Positions 1-10,059 of a DNA stretch of 64,000 nt are shown here, one piece after another (the first letter of the stretch is position 1; every line of letters begins with the position of its first letter). The notes beneath the pieces are model-generated. The model made no database searches. It was given only the letters and a program-made list of their open reading frames with translations, and was not told the origin of the DNA. A program made the position numbers and the translations under genes. The DNA comes from a bacterium (GTDB taxonomy: Bacteria > UBA8248), in the NCBI GenBank assembly GCA_965207065.1, contig OZ242260.1, forward strand, positions 2,592,001 through 2,656,000, in the 5' to 3' direction.

Positions 1-1
1 C

Positions 2-865
2 AACCGCCTGATTCCCTTGCTTGCGGGTTTTCACGACGTGGGCGTGAAGATACGGGACATGGAGAAACAGGGGGTGGAGAGGCAGGTCGTATCTCCGCCC
101 CCGTTTCTTTTCCAGTACGATCTTCCCGATTCCCTCGGCGCGGAAATGGCGAGGCTGCTGAATGACGAGGCGCACGCTCTGGAAAAATCGCGGCCCGAAG
201 ACTTCGTCGCGATGGCTACGGTTCCGCTTCAGAATCCCGAAGCCGCCGCGGTGGAGCTAGAGCGGGCTGTCACGAAACTCGGCATGCGCTCTGTAGAAAT
301 CGGCGCGAGCGCGGGCGAGCGCGAACTAGACGATCCGGCGCTTGCACCCTTCTGGGAGACGGCGGAGCGGCTCGGCGCGCTCGTGCTCATCCACCCCATC
401 CGCCCACCCGGACGCGAGCGGATGGGCGATTACTATCTCTTCAACCTCATCGGTTTTCTCGTGGAGACCACCCTCGCCGCCGCGCGTATGATCTTCGCAG
501 GCGTGCTGGAGAAATACTCGGATCTCAAACTTTGTCTGTCGCACGCGGGGGGAATGGCGCTCTGGATACAGGGCCGTTTCGACCACGGGCTTCGCGCGCT
601 GCCCGCCTGCCAGGGAATTATCGAGCGCCCGCCGAGCGAGTATCTGAAACGCATGTATTTCGACACCATCACCCACAGTCCCGAGGCGCTTCGCTACGTC
701 ATCGAAAGGGTCGGGGCGGACCGCGTGATGCTCGGTACGGACTATCCCTTCGCCGTGGCGGACTTCGATCCCATGGGCACGGTGGACGCCATACCGAATA
801 TCACTGAGGATGAACGCGCGTCCATAACGGGAGGAGCGGCGTCGGGCCTCTTGGGGTTGGCGTAG
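2..865 (+). CDS. Amidohydrolase-2 family protein (ACMSD/decarboxylase-like), 5'-truncated by the window edge
   Basis: Frame is open from position 2. Motifs LIHP, LSHAGG, YFDTITH and VMLGTDYPF are typical of ACMSD-like amidohydrolases. Confidence 0.85.
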   Translation, partial: NRLIPLLAGFHDVGVKIRDMEKQGVERQVVSPPPFLFQYDLPDSLGAEMARLLNDEAHALEKSRPEDFVAMATVPLQNPEAAAVELERAVTKLGMRSVEIGASAGERELDDPALAPFWETAERLGALVLIHPIRPPGRERMGDYYLFNLIGFLVETTLAAARMIFAGVLEKYSDLKLCLSHAGGMALWIQGRFDHGLRALPACQGIIERPPSEYLKRMYFDTITHSPEALRYVIERVGADRVMLGTDYPFAVADFDPMGTVDAIPNITEDERASITGGAASGLLGLA

Positions 866-1085
866 ACGTTTTCCATCAAAACCCAAATACGGCGCATGAC
901 GCTCAAATTACGTGATAGCGAAGAGCTATGATCTACTTCAGAAGATAAGCGCTCCGGCAGCGACGCGCAGGTTCGCGCTGACCTTTGAATTTATCCGCTT
1001 CCGATTTGATGACGTACCGGGGAAGATGGATGCCGAATGAAGTCTGGAAAAGTAAACTACTCCCATGATATCAACGAAATAGCGG

Positions 1086-1129
1086 AATTCCCCACCCGTC
1101 GGATATCCCCCACTGTCTATAAACGTGCG
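1086..1129. repeat. 44 bp diverged repeat, copy 1 (copy 2 at 10331-10374; partial copy at 6894-6915)
   Basis: aattccccacccgtcggatatcccccactgtctataaacgtgcg aligns ungapped with aattccccacccgccgaaaaccccccgccgcctgaaaacgggcg, about 34/44 identical by eye. Confidence 0.6.
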
Positions 1130-1142
1130 GGATCTACCATCC

Positions 1143-4100
1143 TCAAAAGCTGAATTTCATTTTCATTTCCGCGAGGAAGTCGTAGGTGCTGTTTCCCGCC
1201 GTCGTGAACCCGAGCTGCCCCTGAAGGAGCGGCACGCGAGCACCCAGTCGCATGCTGCCGCCGAGACCCAAGCGGACCCGGGTCGGGTGGGCGCGCGCCG
1301 ACAATTTCGTGCTCGCGACGATAATCGATTTCTCTGCGCCCAGGAACTTGTGCTCGATGTCCACCGACGCGAACAGGCGGCGCGTATCCTCCTCGCCCTT
1401 CTCCACAAGAAGGCCCACGCGGCCCACCATGCTCTCGGCGTCTTCCACCGAGATCGCGCCGCCTCCGGTGGACGCCCCGGCGGTGAATTCATCCAGTGAG
1501 AACGAAGAAAAGGAGAGTCCTGTTCTCGGCGTAAGGAGCAGACCGCCCATTTTGGTGCGGCGGCCGACCTCGATTCCCAACGCATAGTCGGAACCGGAAA
1601 CGTCCGACGCGATGGCGCCCAGGGAGGCGGCATTCATATCCAGGCGGTGCCAGCCTATCGCAATCTGGCCGTCGACATAGTAGCGCCCGTTATCCATAGT
1701 GCCGGAAAGACTCAACCCCTCGCCCGCCAGCGTAATTTCGCCGACGCCTCCGACATCCACGGAACTGCGGCGGTGATGCGCCGCTACGCCGAGAGTGACG
1801 TGCTTGCCTGTGGGAATGTCGAGCCCGCCTTCCAGCCGATAGCCATCGTAATCGTAGGTGGTCCCGCCGTATGTCGAGGTCTTGGCGCTCCACTTGCCGC
1901 CGCCGTATGTGGGACGGACCCAGAAACCCTGGGTGTTGCGCACGGCAAGCATCCTCTCCTGGTAAGTCGCGAGGCGGGCCTGATCCATCAACACGAATGG
2001 CAGCGCCTCGTACACCTGCGCACGCGAGCCGTATTCGCTTGTCACGGAGATGTCACCGTTATCATCTTGCAGGCTGACGTCCCAGACGCCGAGCGGCATC
2101 TTGCTTCCTTCAGTCAGTGGCAGGGCGCGATTGCCCGGCTGAAGGTATATCCGGGGGGCGCGCGAGGTTCCGTCGGCGCCAGGAAGATTCCTGATTGCGC
2201 CCTGAATCCGTTGTTCGATGTTCCCGCCCGGTTCAATCACCACTGCGACGTCGGCGGGCGCGTTGGGCCTTGTGCTCCATGGTTCGCCGAGGATCGCCAC
2301 ACCCGATTGCGCCGAGATCCGCGCGTGCGGACCGACGATCACCGTACCGCCGCCTTCGAGTTTGATTCCTGCGTGTCTGACGTTGGTTACTTCCCGGGTC
2401 AGGGGGTCCGTTATCGTCTGGAGCAAGGGGCCGGTCGACTCCACCTCGCCGAACACCCTCGCCACGTTGTTCGTGACGGGGAAATCACCGTTGCCCGTGC
2501 CTTCGGCAAAATAAATGCCGGTATATCCGGATACCCTGCCGGTGCGCGCGACCGTCACGTCGCCGCCTGCGACCGGATGAACACCGACGCCGAACTGCCC
2601 GGTGACTTCACCTGCGACGTGAACGAAGTGTTGGCGCCTGCCGTCGACAATGCCGCCCGTGGCCAGCCTGATGCCGTCAATAAAACCTGTCACGGAGGCT
2701 CCCTGCGATACGGAAACGCGAACCTCGCCGTTTCTCATACTGCTCGGTATGGGATAGCCGGTGTGAATGCCATAGCCGTCGAAGGACGTGATGCTTCCGC
2801 CCGTCACTTCAATCAGGATGTCGCCGGCGTTGTAGCTCACCTCGAATTCACGGGCTCTGTTCTTGTAGGCTTCCGTGTACTCGGGTGACGTCGCCAACGT
2901 CAAGTTATCGAGCACCTCCTTCAGACGATCCTCGCCGGTGTCATCCAGGATTTCGCGAATGACCTCCGCTTCCGCAGGCGAGAGGACCTTTACGGGAAGA
3001 GGATTTCCTCGTGCGTCGACTGCGCCGAGCGCACCCGCCAGCACTTGCGCAGGCGTGAGTTCGGGGGGAGAAGGGATCTGCAGCTGAGCGGCAAGGATCG
3101 TCAACTCGTCAGGCGTCAGGATTTTTGGCGTGGCGACATGAACCAGCAGATCCACCAGGTCGACCGCGTATGCCCGGATCCCCGCTCCGGCAGGTGGAAT
3201 TGGTGGTTTGAGGAGTCCATTGACGATGCCGAGGTTGATCCCGAGGGAGAGCGATTGTGGGTCCTGCTGGCCCGGCAGGCCAATGATATCCGGATCACCG
3301 ACCCGTATCGTTCCGCTCGAGACGATATGGATCAGGGGCTCCTCACGGGCCCCGTCGTTCATTATCTCCACGGGAGCTTGCCTCCCGCCGTCCTCTCTGG
3401 TGTAGCCGATATGTCCGCTTCTGCGGCGGGCCCATGCGAGGATGCCCTCCGTCAAGGAACCACCCAGGATTGTCCCTTTGTTGTCGATTACGATGCGGCC
3501 GCTGTTCACATCGTTCGTCAAGAAGGCGGCAATGCCCCTGCCAAGTCCTGGCGCTCCTCTCAAGACGGCGCCTTCCTCGACCCGAACGGTTACGGAGCCG
3601 TCGTGATGCTGGAATCCTTGCACGGCGCTGCTTCCCTCGCGTTTCGCCGTGATGTCGGCGCCCTTTCCGACTGTGATGGAGATGTCGCCTTTGCCCAGAT
3701 GCTCGGCGTTCACGCCATAAGCGTTCTGGCCCCCCGTGATGATCGGGCCGCCGTTCACCGTGACGTCCAACGAGCCGGCCCGGTACTGTCTCACGTTGAT
3801 GCCGTGGCCTCCTACACCGTCAGTCTGGATTCGCGTGTGACCTTCGAGCGTTACGGAAACGGCGGAATCCGCCGCAGACTCCACGGAAATGCCGTGATCC
3901 ATCACCTCGATGCTTTGTCCGTTCGGCAACGGCGCCTGGAGGCCCTGTCCGATGATCGTAATGGTGCCCGCCTCATCCGAGCCGCCCATGATCGTCAGGT
4001 CCAGTCCATCCTGCGGCACGTCCTGCGGGGAGTAATGGATGCCGGTGTAATCAGACCCCGTGCAGACCTGAGCAGCGGGATTCCCGCCGACGGGCTCGCA

Positions 4101-4286
4101 AATCGCTTCACGGTTCTGCGCCAGGGCTGGTCCGGCTGCCAGGAAGGATACGAGAACCACGGTCGCGATACTTCGCACCGGAATCCGCGATTCGAAGCAT
4201 CTCATTGTGGCTCTCGCTCTGCAGAAGAGATTCCAGGAGACAAAGGTTCGCAACCGGCAGCTCATGAGAGAGGTGGTTTTTTTCAA
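1143..4286 (-). CDS. Autotransporter (type V secretion) outer-membrane protein
   Basis: 1047 aa. Extended signal peptide (…AGPALA|Q), Gly/Ile/Thr-rich beta-helix-like passenger, C-terminal amphipathic beta-barrel ending in MKMKFSF (terminal Phe). The true start may be downstream of 4286. Confidence 0.85.
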   Translation of the reverse strand: MKKTTSLMSCRLRTFVSWNLFCRARATMRCFESRIPVRSIATVVLVSFLAAGPALAQNREAICEPVGGNPAAQVCTGSDYTGIHYSPQDVPQDGLDLTIMGGSDEAGTITIIGQGLQAPLPNGQSIEVMDHGISVESAADSAVSVTLEGHTRIQTDGVGGHGINVRQYRAGSLDVTVNGGPIITGGQNAYGVNAEHLGKGDISITVGKGADITAKREGSSAVQGFQHHDGSVTVRVEEGAVLRGAPGLGRGIAAFLTNDVNSGRIVIDNKGTILGGSLTEGILAWARRRSGHIGYTREDGGRQAPVEIMNDGAREEPLIHIVSSGTIRVGDPDIIGLPGQQDPQSLSLGINLGIVNGLLKPPIPPAGAGIRAYAVDLVDLLVHVATPKILTPDELTILAAQLQIPSPPELTPAQVLAGALGAVDARGNPLPVKVLSPAEAEVIREILDDTGEDRLKEVLDNLTLATSPEYTEAYKNRAREFEVSYNAGDILIEVTGGSITSFDGYGIHTGYPIPSSMRNGEVRVSVSQGASVTGFIDGIRLATGGIVDGRRQHFVHVAGEVTGQFGVGVHPVAGGDVTVARTGRVSGYTGIYFAEGTGNGDFPVTNNVARVFGEVESTGPLLQTITDPLTREVTNVRHAGIKLEGGGTVIVGPHARISAQSGVAILGEPWSTRPNAPADVAVVIEPGGNIEQRIQGAIRNLPGADGTSRAPRIYLQPGNRALPLTEGSKMPLGVWDVSLQDDNGDISVTSEYGSRAQVYEALPFVLMDQARLATYQERMLAVRNTQGFWVRPTYGGGKWSAKTSTYGGTTYDYDGYRLEGGLDIPTGKHVTLGVAAHHRRSSVDVGGVGEITLAGEGLSLSGTMDNGRYYVDGQIAIGWHRLDMNAASLGAIASDVSGSDYALGIEVGRRTKMGGLLLTPRTGLSFSSFSLDEFTAGASTGGGAISVEDAESMVGRVGLLVEKGEEDTRRLFASVDIEHKFLGAEKSIIVASTKLSARAHPTRVRLGLGGSMRLGARVPLLQGQLGFTTAGNSTYDFLAEMKMKFSF

Positions 4287-4407
4287 TTTGATTACTCCTG
4301 AGTTCCCGTGTTCGCTGAATTAATGATGGTTGAAAGATGCAGACCGGGCATGGGGACGCGCCTCATGACGCCCGCTTCCTGGCGGCAGAGACCGACGACG
4401 TCGATTC

Positions 4408-5262
4408 CTACTCGCGGTTCGCGCCGAAGGCGCCGAGAATATGCCTTCGCTCGAAAACGCCGCTCACTTCTTCATGGTTCGGGCCAAAGAAATATCCGGA
4501 TAATGAATCCGTATCGGCTCCCTCGCTGAAATGACCATCCGTGACCTGCACGTCATTCCAGTTCATATCGTCGTATTTTCTGCCGTCATCAAGAGTGGCG
4601 ATATTCGTGAAAGCCAGATCGAGAACCTGGCGCGCCATATTGAATGTAATCGTGGCGTCTCCGATGAGCGGATCTTCGTCGGCCAGCTTATCGAGGCCGG
4701 ACATGGCGCCCGTCCACGTGAAAGATCCCGACACCGGATTCGTGCCGCTGTGTTGCCCGACCAATGCGCCTCCAATCCACCGGATGCCACCGGTGAATGT
4801 GCTCCGGTCTGCGCTGAAAACACTATATTTCATCCATCCGCCCAGTCCCCGGAAATCAATCACGTCAAACGCTTTATCACTCCCTACCGTTTCTCTCAGA
4901 TTGACGCCGTTTCGTATTCCAATGGTTTTCGAATCCTGCTCCGATGTGAAAGTGGTGGCCTCCACGGTGTTGTAATGCAGTGGACCGGTCGGCAGCATTG
5001 CGGTGCAGCTATCCTCAGCGCACGCTACCGGGAAGCGCTCGGCCGGTAATGGTATCGGGCTGGCGGTCACCACCAGATCCGTGCTGATTATCCGGGTAGC
5101 TTTCATTCCAATCTCGCCGTTTCGATCATGAATTTCCTGTTCCATCGGTACAGGCGCCGTCACGTCGCCGCCGCTACTGCCGCTGCCGCCACCACTACCG
5201 CCGCAGCCCGACAAGATCGCGGCGATTAAAATACTCAGTCCAATGGAAATCCATTGACGCAT
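4408..5262 (-). CDS. Surface lipoprotein, TbpB/transferrin-binding-like C-terminal barrel
   Basis: Lipobox ILSG|C, Gly/Ser linker, and C-terminal GYFFGPNHEEVSGVF…GAFGA motif characteristic of TbpB-like barrels. Confidence 0.75.
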   Translation of the reverse strand: MRQWISIGLSILIAAILSGCGGSGGGSGSSGGDVTAPVPMEQEIHDRNGEIGMKATRIISTDLVVTASPIPLPAERFPVACAEDSCTAMLPTGPLHYNTVEATTFTSEQDSKTIGIRNGVNLRETVGSDKAFDVIDFRGLGGWMKYSVFSADRSTFTGGIRWIGGALVGQHSGTNPVSGSFTWTGAMSGLDKLADEDPLIGDATITFNMARQVLDLAFTNIATLDDGRKYDDMNWNDVQVTDGHFSEGADTDSLSGYFFGPNHEEVSGVFERRHILGAFGANRE

Positions 5263-5416
5263 GATGTCTCCTCTTTCTTTGGAACGTGAAAAAATATCCT
5301 TGGATGCTCAGAAAAAAGAGCGTGGACTTGACATCCGATGTATCCCGGGCGAGAAGAGCGCGCACTATAATTCCATCTCGTTGATATGACACCAATAAGA
5401 ATCAGGCGCCGGCTAG

Positions 5417-6811
5417 TTATGCGGAACGGGACGCCAGCAACGCCACAACCTCTTCGGCCGCGTCCTCGCCGCTTGCCAGGGCGCCGTTCACCGAGGGCAT
5501 CCGCATGCAATCGCCCGCAAGAAAAAGGTTCTTCACGTTCAAGCTTTTTTGTCGTCGCAATTCCGCAATCTCTCTCAAAATCCCGGGCGGCCCGATGCAC
5601 AGGGCCTCCGGCCAGCGGTACACACGGGTGAACAGCCCATCATTGTCGCCGGGGAGGTTGCTCCCGGGGGGGAGGGGATGACGGCGCACGTCGGCGAGCA
5701 TCCGGCGCTTGATCTCCTCGTCGTCGAGGGGAAACAACTCCTCGGCGCGGTCGCGACCGACGAGCAAGTCGAGAGTGCTCTTGCCCGGCGGCGCACAGGC
5801 GGGCAGGTTGATGGATCTGTCCAGCAGCAAGGGCGTTTCGTCTTCGGGGTACAACACGCAGTTCCAGCCGGGGGGAAGCGGCCGATGGTCGAGTCCGATT
5901 ACCACCCGGCACCCGCGCGCGTACTTAACCCTGCGGAACACGCGTTGAATGGCCTCAGGCAGGTCGGGAATGATCTTCAGGGTCGTGGAGGTGGTAGTAG
6001 TGCAGATGACGGCGTCTGCCTCCATGGGCCCGTCATCCACGACCACGCCGGTCACGCCGCCGTTTTGGATGACGACGCGCTTGACGGGCGATGAGACGCG
6101 AATGTCGGCTCCACAAGCGTCGGCCAGGGCGTGGGTCAGGGAGCCGATGCCTTCCTCCGGCACGTACAGCTCATCGGTCTTCATCATGATTTGCGTCATG
6201 AACGTCAGGGCGAACGCGGCGCTCATTTCATCCAGCTCACCCATCGTCATTTCGAGGAGTCCCCGCAAGGCCAGACGCATATCCTCCGGCACGCCTATCC
6301 GCTTCATGTAGTCGTTGGCGCTCTCTTCCTCATCGATCTCGGCGATCATCGAGTTGCTCGCGAAACTCAGGTGCTCCGGCTTATTCTTGATGGTCTTGGA
6401 CATCTTCATGCTCGCCCGGATCGCCCGGGGTGAGATTAACCCCAGATTCCACAGCGCCGGCAGGTTGCTGATAACGCCGGCCAATGTTTGCTCCGGCGTA
6501 GTGGTGAAGAAGCGGCCGTTCTTATACCAGCCGAGCTTCATCATCGAACGAACCAGGGGCAATCCCAACTCCTCGCACAAGCGCAAGGCTACGTCGTGGG
6601 AAGCGGTGAAAAAGTCCGCGCCCTCATCCAGGAGAAAGCCGTCCACCCTGTCGCCGCCCAGCCGTCCTCCTACCCTGTCGCCTGCTTCGAGCAAGATGGC
6701 TCTGATGCCGTGTTTCTTGAGGGTGTAGGCGGCGCACAGCCCGGATGTTCCTCCTCCAATGATGATTATATTTTTCGTATTATTTTTGTCTCTTTGTGTC
6801 GATTGCGGCAA
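5417..6811 (-). CDS. FAD-dependent oxidoreductase (protoporphyrinogen oxidase/amine oxidase family)
   Basis: IIIGGGTSGLCAA…LEAGDRVGGR dinucleotide-binding motif; C-terminal LFLAGD…GALASG. Confidence 0.85.
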   Translation of the reverse strand: MPQSTQRDKNNTKNIIIIGGGTSGLCAAYTLKKHGIRAILLEAGDRVGGRLGGDRVDGFLLDEGADFFTASHDVALRLCEELGLPLVRSMMKLGWYKNGRFFTTTPEQTLAGVISNLPALWNLGLISPRAIRASMKMSKTIKNKPEHLSFASNSMIAEIDEEESANDYMKRIGVPEDMRLALRGLLEMTMGELDEMSAAFALTFMTQIMMKTDELYVPEEGIGSLTHALADACGADIRVSSPVKRVVIQNGGVTGVVVDDGPMEADAVICTTTTSTTLKIIPDLPEAIQRVFRRVKYARGCRVVIGLDHRPLPPGWNCVLYPEDETPLLLDRSINLPACAPPGKSTLDLLVGRDRAEELFPLDDEEIKRRMLADVRRHPLPPGSNLPGDNDGLFTRVYRWPEALCIGPPGILREIAELRRQKSLNVKNLFLAGDCMRMPSVNGALASGEDAAEEVVALLASRSA

Positions 6812-6949
6812 TTATGAGTCCTCTCTCGTCAAAGATGTGTTATCGAGTCCTCCTGTCGATGGCGTTCAGCAGAATCGGCGGAAGCAGGAAATTCCCCGTC
6901 GCCTGAATACGGACGAAAAGCATTCATGTGCGATCCAACAGGAGGAACA

Positions 6950-7264
6950 CTACCGGGTGATCGCGCCACCGGGATCGGTCGTGCTGGAGCTGACGTTAAT
7001 GTCGATGTTCCCGTCGCCTTCATGCTTGGCGTGTACGGTCGATTGATTGTTGCCGGTCGTATCGATGTCCACGTTTGCAGCGTCGATGTCGCTCGTGGAA
7101 ATGGCATCCTTCGTGCATTCGATCCTCTCGCCCGCCCCGGGCGTGTTGCTGCATACGGCGGTCTGCGCTTGGGCGGTGGCCACACCGAAAACGAGCGCGA
7201 AGAATAGGGTGAGGCAGTCCAGACCGAAATGGGCAAGCCGACGGCTGCAAAGGTGTCTATCCAT
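6950..7264 (-). pseudogene. Truncated N-terminal fragment of a second autotransporter
   Basis: Signal peptide (…ATAQA|Q), a Cys pair (VCSNTPGAGERIEC) and HEGDGNIDINV resemble the start of the passenger at 1143-4286. It stops after 104 aa. Confidence 0.65.
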
Positions 7265-7407
7265 TTCTGTTCTGCGCGTTCAGGTCGACTGCCAATAATT
7301 AAAATATAGATAAGCGTGAGTTAATTTTCGCCCCCAACATTGGGGGATTACAGCAAGTTTTTCGCCAAATCCTGGGATTTTTCGGGAAGGTGGACGACGT
7401 CGGCGCC
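7256..7407. repeat. 152 bp direct repeat, copy 1 (promoter/leader region with palindrome at 7331-7346)
   Basis: Highly similar to 8958-9109 over the whole length. Contains cccccaacattggggg and the ATG of the downstream minus-strand ORF. Confidence 0.9.
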
Positions 7408-7410
7408 GGC

Positions 7411-8577
7411 CTAGGGCTGCTTCCGCATTCGGTCACGATACTCCGAAGAGTTGGACAGCGACAACACAAGCCGCACCAGCTCGGCCTCCCGCGAGAGGCC
7501 GTGCTTGGCGAACATGCGTTTCACGTGCCAGCGGATCGTGCTTTCCTTTCGGCCCGTCGCCGCGGCGATCTCACGGACGCTCATTCCATCGGCCATCAGC
7601 ACCGCCACCCGGCTTTCCGCCTCCGAGAAGCCGAAGACCTCCCCGGCCATGGCCGGAACAATGAGGGTCCGGCTCGCCGGGTCCACGACCAGCACGAGCG
7701 CCGCGACCGGCCAAACGTGGGAGTCCGTACTCTGCATTTCCACCGGATTGATGTGCATCAGAAGCGGCAGGGCCGATTCACGTCTCACCACCGTGGAACC
7801 GCCGACGCCCTGAGTCCTGAACGACGGCAGGGCGCGCTTCAGCAGTTCCTGGAGATGGGCGTTGTCCTCAGGCCTTCGGGCGAACAGAAAACCGCGCCGG
7901 TCGAACAGATCGTCTCCTTTCCGCAGCAAATCCCTGGCACTGTCGTTCACTTCCACGATCCGTCCGCGTGGGTCGAGCTGGATAATACTCAACCCGGTGG
8001 TGTCAAGCAGTTCCGTGAGGGACGCACTCAGAGCGCCCGCGTTGGCAAGCGCCTGCCTGACACTCATGTATTGGCGGATATGAGGCAGGAGACGCCGGAT
8101 AAAATCGAGTCGTGCGGACGTCCAGTCTTCACCGTCAACCGGATCGTGGACAATCCAGCAAATGTTCAAGTCATCGGGTCCGTCCAGGCGCACGTTGATG
8201 CAATTCTGTCCATGCACACGAGGCAAATATTCATTATATAATAGGGAGGACTTCAACTCCTCCGCTGTGTAGAACTCCGACATATGGTTCAGTCGGCTGT
8301 GTGGTAATTCCCGTAAGCGGGGGACCCGCTCGTCTAGGGGGTAGTAGACCTCGAAATACTCGCGTTCAAACTCGCGGTTCCGTTGACCGTGCAAGAAGAG
8401 TCCCAAATAATTAACCTGGATGTCCTCACTGGAGCGTACGTCGATGATCGCCAGACTGTTTCCGTGCACGCCGAGGGCATCGTCGATCAGCGCGGAGGCT
8501 GTCGGCCAGCGGGTATCGTCCAGCGCCGCCTCGTGCAACGATGCCAGGATGCGCTCGAATGTATCTCGTTCACTCAT
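7411..8577 (-). CDS. LuxR-family helix-turn-helix transcriptional regulator with N-terminal sensory and PAS-like domains
   Basis: C-terminal FGFSEAESRVAVLMADGMSVREIAAATGRKESTIRWHVKRMFAKHG LuxR HTH; PAS-like IIQLDPRGRIVEVN. Confidence 0.9.
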   Translation of the reverse strand: MSERDTFERILASLHEAALDDTRWPTASALIDDALGVHGNSLAIIDVRSSEDIQVNYLGLFLHGQRNREFEREYFEVYYPLDERVPRLRELPHSRLNHMSEFYTAEELKSSLLYNEYLPRVHGQNCINVRLDGPDDLNICWIVHDPVDGEDWTSARLDFIRRLLPHIRQYMSVRQALANAGALSASLTELLDTTGLSIIQLDPRGRIVEVNDSARDLLRKGDDLFDRRGFLFARRPEDNAHLQELLKRALPSFRTQGVGGSTVVRRESALPLLMHINPVEMQSTDSHVWPVAALVLVVDPASRTLIVPAMAGEVFGFSEAESRVAVLMADGMSVREIAAATGRKESTIRWHVKRMFAKHGLSREAELVRLVLSLSNSSEYRDRMRKQP

Positions 8578-8774
8578 GACGGCATCCTCGCTTGCGGACG
8601 CTCGAACAGCCCATATCCCATTGTTACGAGCGGAAAGGGCTCTCCTTTTTGCCCGAATGCCCCACTACAATCATGGACACTGACATCGCCGAGACCGAAC
8701 CGAACTGTATCACCCTCTGCCGAGCAAAATTGACGGCGTTTTGCACGCGCAACCAGGACGCGACAGGTGTTGCC

Positions 8775-8914
8775 CCGGAAGCAGGAACGCACCGTACCAC
8801 CAGAGAATAAAGGCCCCGGAGCACATTGCCCTGGCGGAACTGCTGGTGGTCGGCAAGCAGGTTGATCCGTGAGAATTGCTCAAGCAACTTATCGAGAGCG
8901 ATCCGACATTCCAC
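8775..8914 (-). pseudogene. Cytochrome P450 C-terminal remnant
   Basis: ECRIALDKLLEQFSRINLL…FRQGNVLRGLYSL matches the P450 L-helix and terminal RGLxxL segment. The heme-Cys motif and the rest of the gene are absent. Confidence 0.55.
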
Positions 8915-8957
8915 ATCCCCGGTATTCTACTCCGTTTCACCTTCCAGTGTAGAGAGA

Positions 8958-9109
8958 TCTATCCATTTCTGTTCTGCGTGTTCAGGTCGACTGCCAATAA
9001 TTAAAATATAGGTAAGTGTGAGCTTATTTTCGCCCCCAACGTTGGGGGATTTTAGCGAAATTTTCGCCATATCTTGGGATTTTTCGGGAAGGTAGACGTC
9101 GTCGGCGCC
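8958..9109. repeat. 152 bp direct repeat, copy 2 (perfect palindrome cccccaacgttggggg at 9033-9048)
   Basis: Aligns with 7256-7407 at the same length. Confidence 0.9.
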
Positions 9110-9814
9110 AGACGGCGAGCACGCTCTCTTGCTCCTCGATGCTGAAGTGCGTTCCCACGAGTTCGAGTATCTGAGCAATTGCATCGAGAAGATGGCGATG
9201 GCCAGGCTTCAGTTCGCCGCGCTCAGCGGCGTGCCCCAGGCTTCAAAGTCCCATTCGCCTGATTTCACTAGCAGGCTCCTGATGCGCGCATGCACGAACC
9301 GGACGCACGTGGAGAGCTTCCAGTCGTCGCCGTCTCTCAGCAGGCCGCCCGGGAAGAATATCTCCATTAACTGGCGGTTGTTCTGCATGAGGCGTCTGGG
9401 GGTTGCGGCCACCCGCCCGGTCGTGTTGAAGGATTTGGCGATGAGCGTCAATAAGCCCTCCACCAGCACCCCCGTCACGAACGCCACGAGCATGAGGTCG
9501 ACGTTCAGGTTGAAAGACCGGGCCCCCGGCTCGATGGCTTCATGGTCGAGCCAGGCGGGTTCTTAAAAAATCCAGAAGAAATCGCGCAGGGGTTGCGGCG
9601 CATCTCACAGAACGCCGTCATGCTGCTCGATGCCGGCCTCGACGAACGCATGGAGTTCATAGACGGGCAGGGAGGATATCTCCTCCATGATCGGGTCTAG
9701 GAGGGGATCGCCGATAGTGGTGTGCCGGATGTAGAGATCCGCCAGGTCGGGATCGTGGGAACGGGCTTTTTGCTCGTAGCCTTGTAAGTATGTAGATGGG
9801 ATTTGTAGAGGCAT
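9105..9814 (-). pseudogene. MpaB/rubber-oxygenase-like (DUF2236) oxygenase pseudogene
   Basis: GDPLLD, EPAWLD, VRFVHARIR and WGTPLSAA motifs lie in one frame interrupted by stops (9605-9607, ~9563-9565, 9209-9211). A frameshift to …EEQESVLAVWR follows, then truncation at the repeat. Confidence 0.75.
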
Positions 9815-10059
9815 CAGGGTCTCTTAAGGCAATTCAGTGCATCCACGAATCTTCGGTGAGATGAAGAGTAAATTCATCCGCAGAAGATTCGTCCGTTTAC
9901 TCATTGAGACACGCTGGAGCGAAGCGATGAGTAGAAGCTACCGAAAAGCCGTCAAGATACCCTCTCTAACTTGGTGGCTATACAACGGCTTGGTTCACCA
10001 TCTATTTGAGTTTCCTGCAATTTCTTGACATTTATTGTCAAGCAAAATCCCCCTGATAT

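Noticed and set aside
9605-9607. In-frame TGA in the MpaB-like gene as possible selenocysteine
   Set aside because: The same gene has a TAA, another TGA, a frameshift and a truncation, so it is a pseudogene. The position is not an evident Cys site.
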